From an uncultured bacterium (GTDB lineage Bacteria; Chloroflexota; UBA5177; JANWHV01): a DNA stretch of 64,000 nt. The stretch is from the NCBI GenBank assembly GCA_963827235.1, contig CAWHAE010000012.1, positions 1,280,001 to 1,344,000 on the forward strand, written 5' to 3'. The notes under the pieces were generated by a model that had not been told where the DNA came from, did not search any database, and saw only the letters and a list, made by a program, of their open reading frames with translations. The position numbers and the translations under genes were made by a program. This document shows positions 20,978-28,738 of this stretch, piece after piece. Numbering within the stretch: the first letter of the stretch is position 1; every line of letters begins with the position of its first letter.

Positions 20978-21508
20978 ATGGATATCCAGAATCCCGTCAT
21001 AGAAAGCATACTCAGCCGGCGCAGCATCCGTTCCTTCACCGGCGAGCAGGTGAAGGAAGAGGCCCTGCTCGCGATCGCGCGGGCCGGACTGGCTGCGCCT
21101 TCCGCCACCAACGCGCGACCCCGTGCCCTGGTCCTGGTGCGCCGCCGCGATTTGCTCGATCGTCTGTACGAGACCCTCCCGTACGCGAAAATGCTCTCGA
21201 AGGCCGCGGCGGCGTTCGTCGTCTGCGGTCTGCCCGCGAAGAACACTGACAGCGCGCCGCGGTTCTGGACCGTCGATTGCGCGGCGACCACCGAGAATAT
21301 CCTGCTGGCAGCCAATAGCCTGGGTCTCGGCGCGGTCTGGACGGCGGTGCACCCAATGGAACCGCTCGTGCGCGCGGTGCGCGAGATATTGGCTCTCCCC
21401 AAGGACGTGATCCCGCTGAACGTGGTACCGGTCGGCGTGCCGGCGGCAAAGCCCGAGCATCGCGCGCTGGATTCGCTCGACGAGTACCTGCACCTGGAGA
21501 CCTGGTAG
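20978..21508 (+). CDS. Nitroreductase family protein
   Basis: ILSRRSIRSFT, APSATNARP, DCAATTENILLAANSLGLGAVWT. Confidence 0.93.
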   Translation: MDIQNPVIESILSRRSIRSFTGEQVKEEALLAIARAGLAAPSATNARPRALVLVRRRDLLDRLYETLPYAKMLSKAAAAFVVCGLPAKNTDSAPRFWTVDCAATTENILLAANSLGLGAVWTAVHPMEPLVRAVREILALPKDVIPLNVVPVGVPAAKPEHRALDSLDEYLHLETW

Positions 21509-21768
21509 CTTCGGGCACATTTCCCGAATGTGCCGCTCCGCCGGCCGGAGCCGCCGTGCCCCGGCGCGCGCTGCCTGAGAATAGACCACGGCTTCTCCCT
21601 CGTGGCCGGTGCATGCCTCGCGTGCAGGGCTGTTCACCTCTTGAAACGGACCATGGAACAGCCCTGCGGCGTGTGCCGCGAGCGTCTCGAGAGACACGCG
21701 TTACCCGGGTTCGTAGCCTGCGACCGCGGACCCACTTCTTGCCCGCCTCTCAGCCATCCCTCTTCGAT

Positions 21769-21811
21769 TTCTTAGGTCTTCCTTACGCAGTCCTTAGGAG
21801 CCGTCCCTAGG
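21769..21811 (+). promoter_or_regulatory. Tandem direct repeats, likely OmpR/PhoB-family response-regulator site
   Basis: CTTAGG (21771), CTTACG (21782), CTTAGG (21793), CCTAGG (21806); 11/11/13-bp spacing upstream of the YkcB-like gene. Confidence 0.55.
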
Positions 21812-21985
21812 ATGAAATCATGAGACGGTTCTGCTCCGACTCATCCCATTCAGGACGGCGGTCCCGGCGCCTCGCCGGTCGTTCTCTTCCACGCGCCGGT
21901 CGGGGCGCCGGGACTGTGGACCCGTCGATGGGGACCGCGAGACTCCGAGTCCGGTCCATGCGAGAAAGCTAGAGGTCGTACATAC

Positions 21986-24295
21986 ATGGCAGTTACAGTC
22001 CACGAGCGGTCGTTCTTGCCGCTTCTCGACGCGCGCATTGCGGCGCGAAGCCGGGTGAGAGCCCTCTGGTGGCCCCACCTGGCATTGGTGCCGATCCTCG
22101 TGCTCTCGGGCATCCTTGAGTTCGCCGGATTGATGAGCGAGGGCTACGCCAACACCTACTATGCGGCAGCCGTCAAAAGCATGCTCACGAGCTGGCACAA
22201 CTTCTTCTACGCGTCCTTCGACGCCGGCGGCTTCGTCAGCGTCGACAAGTCGCCGCTCGGACTCTGGGTGCAGGCGGCGAGCGCGAAGCTGCTGGGATTC
22301 AGCGGCCTCAGCTTACTGCTGCCGGAAGCACTTGCCGGAGTTGCCTCCGTTGCCCTGCTCTATCACCTTGTATCACGTGCTTACGGCCCGGTCGCCGGCC
22401 TGGTGGCCGCGCTCGCACTGGCCGTGACGCCGATCTCGGCGGTGACCGAGCGCAACAACACGTCGGACAGCCTGCTCATACTGGTACTGCTATTCGGCGT
22501 CTACGCGGTCAGCCGTGCCGCGGATACAGGACGGCTCCGCCTCCTGCTCCTGTCCGCGCTGCTGATCGGACTCGGATTCAACATCAAGATGATGCAGGCC
22601 TACCTCGTCGTGCCTGCCTTCGGCCTGGCCTATTACCTGGGAGCACCGCTCCGGCGCCGGGTTCGCGTCGCGCATCTCCTCACGGCTGCGCTGGTCGTGT
22701 TAGCCGTCTCGCTTGCCTGGCTGATTGCCGTCGACCTGACGCCGGCAGCCGACAGGCCGTACGTAAGTGACAGCGGCACCAATTCCGCGCTGAGCCTTGC
22801 CCTGGGCTACAACGGCCTGGGCCGGGTAACCCAGGCGCTGTTCTCCGGCCTCTCGAGCGTGCATCTCTTTGGCATCAGCATCGACCTCACGTTGGTGCCC
22901 GCTTTCGCCGCGGACATAGGTAATCCCAGTCTCCTGCGGCTGGTGAGCCCGGTGCTGGCGGAGCAGGTGAGCTGGCTCCTGCCGCTTGCCCTGATCGGCC
23001 TGATTGGCGCATTGATCGAGCTTCCGAAGCACCTGCCGCTCGACCGTCGAGGCAAAGCGCTGGTTATCTGGGGCGGCTGGCTGGCCGGGGCGGGCGCGTT
23101 CTTCAGCACGGGCCGCTTCTACCACCTGTACTACCTGGTCATGCTCTCGCCTGCCATCGCCGCCCTGGCCGGCATCGGCGTAGTCTCGCTGTGGCGGCTC
23201 TACGTGCGAGCCGGCAGCTCCGCCGGATGGCCGGCACGGGCGCAAGGGCTGCTGCTGCCCGCGGCGCTCCTCGCCACGGCGTACGTGCAGGTGCAGATTC
23301 TGCAGGCGTATTCGGACTGGGGAAGCTGGCTGCTGCCGATCGCCGTCGCCGTGCCAATGACCGCTTCCCTGGTGCTGATCGCCGGTCTCCTGCGTATTCA
23401 GGTTCGCCTGGCCGAGGAGATCGTCGTGGGTGCCGGCAAACGGGTTGCCGCCGGCGCACTGGTGCTCGCCGCGGTCGCCTTGCTGCTCTCCCCCGGCGTG
23501 TGGTCGGCAAAGTCGGTAGCGGCAGGCAACGGCAGCGCATGGCTGCCCCAGGCCGGGCCGAGCCAGGGCGCGGGCGGCGGCTTCGGCGGCGGGGCAGGCG
23601 GTGGGCCGCGCGGCGGCTCCGGCAACAGGCCCAACGGTTTCGGCGCGGGTGCCGCCCCGACCAACGGCCAGAGCGGCAGTCAGGGATCGCAGCCCGGCGG
23701 CAGGATGCAAACCGGGAGCAGCCTGCCCGGCGGCGCCGGTTCTCGGGGTGAGCGCATGGGTTTCGGCAGCCAGGGCGTCGGCGGCGCAGGCGGAGGAATA
23801 CTGACGTTCAGCGGCAGCAACGCGCAGACGCTGGACAGCAAGCTCATCTCGTACCTGCTGGCCAATCAGCAAGGCGCCAAGTTCCTGGTGGCCACCACTA
23901 CTTCTTCGTACGCGAGCCTGTTCATCTTGCAGACCAACCAGACCGCCATGGCCCTGGGCGGCTACCAGGGATGGGATCGCATCGTGACGCCGAGCCAGCT
24001 CGCCAAGCTCGTCGCCAACAACACTGTCCGCTACTTCTATATCTCGGCCGGCCAGTCCACTGGCACCAGCGCAGCTTCCGGCGGCCGGTCATCGAGCACC
24101 ACGGCGGCGGCCGATAATCTGTTGGGTCCTGGTGCGGCCACGACGGTGGGCAGCGGCACCGATCAGACCACGGACCTCACCCAGTGGGTGCGCGCGCATT
24201 GCAGCGCCGTCTCGTCTTCTCTCTGGTCAAGCTCGTCCTCGGGCAATGGCCAGATGCAGCTCTATAACTGCGCGAGCCTCGTCAAGGCTCGCTAA
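21986..24295 (+). CDS. YkcB/YycA-like GT39 family glycosyltransferase with Gly-rich linker
   Basis: GYANTYYAAAVKSMLTSWHNFFYASFD...VDKSPLGLWVQA, GFNIKMMQAYLV, GYNGLGR, C-terminal MALGGYQGWD domain. Confidence 0.88.
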   Translation: MAVTVHERSFLPLLDARIAARSRVRALWWPHLALVPILVLSGILEFAGLMSEGYANTYYAAAVKSMLTSWHNFFYASFDAGGFVSVDKSPLGLWVQAASAKLLGFSGLSLLLPEALAGVASVALLYHLVSRAYGPVAGLVAALALAVTPISAVTERNNTSDSLLILVLLFGVYAVSRAADTGRLRLLLLSALLIGLGFNIKMMQAYLVVPAFGLAYYLGAPLRRRVRVAHLLTAALVVLAVSLAWLIAVDLTPAADRPYVSDSGTNSALSLALGYNGLGRVTQALFSGLSSVHLFGISIDLTLVPAFAADIGNPSLLRLVSPVLAEQVSWLLPLALIGLIGALIELPKHLPLDRRGKALVIWGGWLAGAGAFFSTGRFYHLYYLVMLSPAIAALAGIGVVSLWRLYVRAGSSAGWPARAQGLLLPAALLATAYVQVQILQAYSDWGSWLLPIAVAVPMTASLVLIAGLLRIQVRLAEEIVVGAGKRVAAGALVLAAVALLLSPGVWSAKSVAAGNGSAWLPQAGPSQGAGGGFGGGAGGGPRGGSGNRPNGFGAGAAPTNGQSGSQGSQPGGRMQTGSSLPGGAGSRGERMGFGSQGVGGAGGGILTFSGSNAQTLDSKLISYLLANQQGAKFLVATTTSSYASLFILQTNQTAMALGGYQGWDRIVTPSQLAKLVANNTVRYFYISAGQSTGTSAASGGRSSSTTAAADNLLGPGAATTVGSGTDQTTDLTQWVRAHCSAVSSSLWSSSSSGNGQMQLYNCASLVKAR

Positions 24296-24302
24296 CAACC
24301 GG

Positions 24303-24344
24303 CGGGATCGGAGCTCCCTGCGCTCGCCGGGAGCTCCGATCCCG
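24303..24344 (+). terminator. Perfect 16-bp stem-loop (terminator or RNA-stabilising hairpin)
   Basis: CGGGATCGGAGCTCCC-N10-GGGAGCTCCGATCCCG, 8 nt after the stop codon; no U-tract. Confidence 0.55.
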
Positions 24345-24367
24345 GAATTCAGCAAGGAGAGACACGC

Positions 24368-24586
24368 ATGATTGCCAGCGACCATATCACATCGATCAAG
24401 TCATCGCAGGTCGTCGTCGCCTACCGCCGGCTGTATGTGAGCGGAAGCCTTTCCAGCGCCAAGCCTATTCCCCACGACGAGGCCCAGCGAACACGCGCGT
24501 TCAGTACCGGCCGCTCATGGATCGCCGGCGACCCGCATGCGGCCACGCGGACACGTGCCGGGATGTACCCCGACAAGGATTTGTGA
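24368..24586 (+). CDS. Small hypothetical protein or gene remnant (72 aa)
   Basis: AAGGAGA RBS properly spaced before the ATG; no recognisable motif. Confidence 0.35.
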   Translation: MIASDHITSIKSSQVVVAYRRLYVSGSLSSAKPIPHDEAQRTRAFSTGRSWIAGDPHAATRTRAGMYPDKDL

Positions 24587-24688
24587 TGACTGGCACGCGT
24601 GCCGGATGGGGCTCGACCAGGTGCCGTTGGAGCGTGTGCTATGCTCCGGGCCGCCGAGCCTCGGAGGCTCGCACAGCCCATTGTCTAC

Positions 24689-26188
24689 TCAGAACAGGTC
24701 AAACATTGGGTGGACAATGTACATGTCCAGCGCCCTGTCAATCATGGCGCGCAGGAGAGGATGAGCGTTCAGTGACTTCTGTGGCGCCGCGTCAAGCGAT
24801 GCCGCCGCGGCCAGAGCGAGGTCGCGCGGATCGTTGTCGTGCTGGCGATCGAGCAGCCAGGCCTGCCGGCGCAGGCGCCCGCGCAACACTTCCCGTGCCG
24901 ACTCGCCAAACACGGCAGGCACGATCTGGGAATACTCCGACTTCGACAGGCCCCTCCTGTTGCGCGTGGGCCAGAAATCCAGCGAGTCTACGACCTCGTC
25001 CAGATCGGCAAACCAGGGCGAGAAGGCAGGATGATCCAGAAGCTGTGCCGATCGCGCCACGAGATCGCGGCGTTGCGCGTACGGAGCGTCGTCAAGCTCC
25101 GGCAGTATCGTCTCCTCGTCCGCCGGGGCCGGGAATCGATCGTGGAAGTACGGTTCCCAGAGCTCGTAGTGCAGCGGCAGCTTCTGTCCTTTTCCTACCA
25201 CCGCCTCCCCTGCCGCGAGCGCGCCACGAGCCGCCGGCAGCTCTACGTCGACCAAGAGCGGCGGCTCCGGCATGAGATCGAGCGACTCATCGATGAGATC
25301 GGGCTGCCACTCCCGAAACGTGCCAAGGACATCGCGAATGCCGTCGGCATCGTTCAAATACACCATGACGCTGAGGAGCTGATCCGGTGCCCACTTGCGC
25401 GTCAACACGAGCAGCTGTGAGCCCTCCCCGTCCACCGAGCTCAGCTGTGCTCGCTCGAGCTCCGGTTGCGCCTGCTCGTCGGGTCCTGCCGCGGCGGAGG
25501 CGGGCCGCAGAACCTGGAAGCGCAGGCGGCGGGCCGCAGCGGAAGCCTCGTCCCGGACGGCGGCATTGCGTGATGAGCGCGCCACGCGCTCGAGCGCCCC
25601 GATAGCTCCCGAGTCCGTGCGATTGACCAGCGCCGACACGCAGGCCAGTTGCAGATTCGGATCGCCGTCCAGGTGAATCAGGCAGCGGAGGATCCACGGC
25701 AACGCCGGCACGTCTTGCGCCAGCCCTTGTTGTACAAACGCCATGCGCTCCCCGGGAGCGATGACCTGAAGGTAGGCCAGCACCTCTTGCAGGATCTCGC
25801 CATCCGCGACATGCCCGACCTGCGACTGCGACAGGGCCACGACGAGCGTCGCCAGGGGATCGTTGAGCGAGGCCAGGAACTCCCGGCGCGCCTTCGGCTG
25901 CGCCCGCACGCCCCAGCCGGCCCGCCGGCGCGCGCCCCAGCGCACGATGTCCTCCAGGGCCCGGTCGGCGGCGATGCGTTTCAAGAACGCGGGTGCGCGA
26001 CCGCCTGCCAGGCGTAGAATGAGCTCGAACGCCAGGCGAGGCTGCTTCACACGATCGGCGTGGAATCGCTCCACGATCAGGTCGGGTAGCCGCCGCCGGT
26101 GCTTCCAGAGCCGCTCGCTCAATCCTGCCAACCGGGCCGCGTCACCGCCGGCCATGGTCTCCTCGAACTCGTCCAGCAGAGCCTGCAT
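24689..26188 (-). CDS. Hypothetical protein with HEAT-like helical repeats
   Basis: Protein-like composition from MQALLDEFEE; AIGALERVAR...VRDEASAAARRL is HEAT-like; SVDGEGSQLLV segment. Start uncertain. Confidence 0.65.
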   Translation of the reverse strand: MQALLDEFEETMAGGDAARLAGLSERLWKHRRRLPDLIVERFHADRVKQPRLAFELILRLAGGRAPAFLKRIAADRALEDIVRWGARRRAGWGVRAQPKARREFLASLNDPLATLVVALSQSQVGHVADGEILQEVLAYLQVIAPGERMAFVQQGLAQDVPALPWILRCLIHLDGDPNLQLACVSALVNRTDSGAIGALERVARSSRNAAVRDEASAAARRLRFQVLRPASAAAGPDEQAQPELERAQLSSVDGEGSQLLVLTRKWAPDQLLSVMVYLNDADGIRDVLGTFREWQPDLIDESLDLMPEPPLLVDVELPAARGALAAGEAVVGKGQKLPLHYELWEPYFHDRFPAPADEETILPELDDAPYAQRRDLVARSAQLLDHPAFSPWFADLDEVVDSLDFWPTRNRRGLSKSEYSQIVPAVFGESAREVLRGRLRRQAWLLDRQHDNDPRDLALAAAASLDAAPQKSLNAHPLLRAMIDRALDMYIVHPMFDLF

Positions 26189-26532
26189 GGCCGTCGTCTG
26201 AGGGTCAACTTCCGGAGCCAGATGTAGCTTGCGCTCCTGCCGTCCCGTGCCTCCCTCGGTAGGATCCCTTGGTGCACGCACAATCGTCTCCCTCGCCGTT
26301 CGCATCCTATACTGAGCCAATGTAGCACCGTGCTGTCTTCGGCGTCCCAGCTGCGCCGGCAGGATGGCGCACCCGGCAAACCTCGCCGCAGCGGCGTCGC
26401 GGCGCGCACGCCCGCCGGTGCATGCCGCAGGAGAGCCGGGCGTGCCGCATCGGCGCGTTGACAGCGATCGTCGCCTTGTGCATGGTGGAAGCAGGCCGCG
26501 GAATTCTCGTGGCAGGGAAGGAGGCTCTGCTC

Positions 26533-28620
26533 GTGCCATCGTCATGGCCCGCCGATCGTACGCTCTTCCAGGAGGGCGATCCGTGCGACCCGCGCTTCGA
26601 TCTGCGCACCGACGCCGCCATCACCTACGGCATTAACCGCACGTTGCCTGCAAGAGTGGCAGGCTGGCGCGAACGCGGCTATCGCGTGCACGTGATGACC
26701 GGACTTGCCTGGGGCAACTACCAGGACTATTTGCTCGGCCGGTGGGACGGCCGCGATCATTGGGACGACGCTCAGCGCCAGGCGGACGGCAAACCCAGGC
26801 AGCACGGTCCGGATATCCCCTACATGGTGCCGAGCGATGCGTACGCGGCCTACCTCGAGTCGCTCCTGCGAACGGCAATCGAGGCGGGAGTCGAAGGCGT
26901 ATTCCTCGAGGAGCCCGAGTTCTGGGCCTCCACCGGCTACGGGCGTACCCTCGAGCGCGCCTGGCTTGCGCGCTACGACACGCCGTACCGCGATCCGGCC
27001 CTGGACCCGCAGGCATTCGCCCTCGCCGCCGAGCTCAAGCATGAACTCTACCGGGCCTTGATCGATCGGCTCTGCAATGCGGTGAGCAGGATGAGCGCAG
27101 GCCGTGATGGCGGCTCGATTCCCTGCCACGTGGCTACACACAGTCTCATGAGCTACGCCTACAACAACATCGTCAGCCCGGTGTCGGCCCTGCGCGCGGT
27201 GGACGACTGCCGAGGCGTCATTCTCCAGGTCTGGAGCCACACCGCTCGCTGCCAGGTCATGTATGAGGGGCAGCGGTGCGAGAAGCTTCTCGAGGTGGGA
27301 TTCCTGGAATATGCCTCGGGCCTCGAGCTGGTGCGCGGGACCGATCGGCACCTGTGGTTCCTGGCCGACCCGGTCGAGGACCGGCCGGACTTCGGCTGGG
27401 CTCGCTACCGGTCCGATTATCATGCCACGATCGTCGCCTCCCTCTTTCACCCCAGCGTCTGCGCCTTCGAGGTGATGCCCTGGCCGATGCGGGTGTTCAC
27501 CGGCTTGTATCCGCGCCGCGCGGACGGGCCGCCCGGTGACCCAATCCCGGAAGCCTACGCATCCGAGCTGCTGGCCATCGCCAACGCCTTGAGCGCCATG
27601 CCCTCCGAGCCGGTCGCCTGGGACTGCGGCACGCGGGGCGTCGGCGTGCTGACGGCCGACAGCCTGATGTTTCGCCGGCGCGGCCCGGCGCACGACGACC
27701 CGGAGCTGTCCGCGTTTTTCGGCCTGGCACTGCCGCCGATATGCGCCGCCATGACCGTACAACCGGTAAGCCTGGAGACGGTTGGCGTGATCGGCGTGCC
27801 GGAGGATGTGCGCGTGCTGCTACTCAGCTACGACGGCATGACGCCACCCAGCGCCGCCGCGCACGAGGGGCTGGCCGCCTGGGTCCGGGCCGGCAACGCC
27901 CTGGTCCTCTTCGGATCCGCCGACGGCCCCTATGAGCGCGTGCCGGCCTGGTGGAACGACGGTGTCGGCGGGCGCGGTCCATTGCCGCACCTCGCCGGCC
28001 TGCTGGGTGTGACGCTGCAGCCGGGGATGCACCGCGCCGGCAAGGGCGTGGTGTGCATCGAGCTCGAGGGACCGGTCTCCCTGGCGCGCCGACCCGAAGG
28101 CGCCGGTATCGTACGCACGCTGCTGCGCCGGACGCTGGATGCCCTGGGAGCTGATGCGCCGGCATATCGCGAACAGCGCTACATGGTCCTGCGGCGCGGC
28201 CCCTACGTGATCGCCGCCGCGCCGGGCGAGTGGCAGCGCGATCCGGCGCCGGCGCTGAGTCTCGAAGGGTGCTTCGTCGACATGCTGGACGGCAGCCTGC
28301 CGGTCCGGCGGACTCTCGAGCTCCACTCCGGCGAGCACGCCTTCCTTCTCGACGTCGAGCACCGCCGTCCGGAGCGCGCAGCCGTGCTGGCGGCATCGGG
28401 CCGCGTGCGGGACGTCGTGATCGAAGGGAGCCGCCTGAGCTTCCGCCTCAGCGGGCCGTCCAACACGGGTGCCGCGGTGCGTCTGCTGCTGCCCTCGGGA
28501 CCACGGTCGGCCACGGCCGGCGGCGAGCAGGTGGGCTTCGCCTGGGATGCCGGCAGCCGCACCGCGCTGCTACGCCACGAGAACCAGCCTGGCGGCGTAG
28601 AGTATAGGGTTGAGTGGTAG
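26533..28620 (+). CDS. Uncharacterised glycoside-hydrolase-like protein (TIM barrel plus glutamine-amidotransferase-like trimerisation domain)
   Basis: GTG after AAGGAGG; HVMTGLAWGNYQDY, GVFLEEPEFW, LADPVEDRP, EVMPWP, VLLLSYDGMTPP...WVRAGNALV (GH42-like domain order). Confidence 0.6.
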   Translation: MPSSWPADRTLFQEGDPCDPRFDLRTDAAITYGINRTLPARVAGWRERGYRVHVMTGLAWGNYQDYLLGRWDGRDHWDDAQRQADGKPRQHGPDIPYMVPSDAYAAYLESLLRTAIEAGVEGVFLEEPEFWASTGYGRTLERAWLARYDTPYRDPALDPQAFALAAELKHELYRALIDRLCNAVSRMSAGRDGGSIPCHVATHSLMSYAYNNIVSPVSALRAVDDCRGVILQVWSHTARCQVMYEGQRCEKLLEVGFLEYASGLELVRGTDRHLWFLADPVEDRPDFGWARYRSDYHATIVASLFHPSVCAFEVMPWPMRVFTGLYPRRADGPPGDPIPEAYASELLAIANALSAMPSEPVAWDCGTRGVGVLTADSLMFRRRGPAHDDPELSAFFGLALPPICAAMTVQPVSLETVGVIGVPEDVRVLLLSYDGMTPPSAAAHEGLAAWVRAGNALVLFGSADGPYERVPAWWNDGVGGRGPLPHLAGLLGVTLQPGMHRAGKGVVCIELEGPVSLARRPEGAGIVRTLLRRTLDALGADAPAYREQRYMVLRRGPYVIAAAPGEWQRDPAPALSLEGCFVDMLDGSLPVRRTLELHSGEHAFLLDVEHRRPERAAVLAASGRVRDVVIEGSRLSFRLSGPSNTGAAVRLLLPSGPRSATAGGEQVGFAWDAGSRTALLRHENQPGGVEYRVEW

Positions 28621-28738
28621 CGTCTGGACCCGGTAGCAGCGGCGCTCGTGCTCAGCGTGCTCGGCGACGGAGGAACAGAGCGTCTCCGTGCCGTGTATGG
28701 ACCTCCCACGGTGCGCGACCCGCGGCCGGCAACCGTGC

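Noticed and set aside
23560-23800. GGC-rich repeat tract
   Set aside because: It encodes the Gly-rich linker typical of YkcB-like proteins; not a DNA repeat element.
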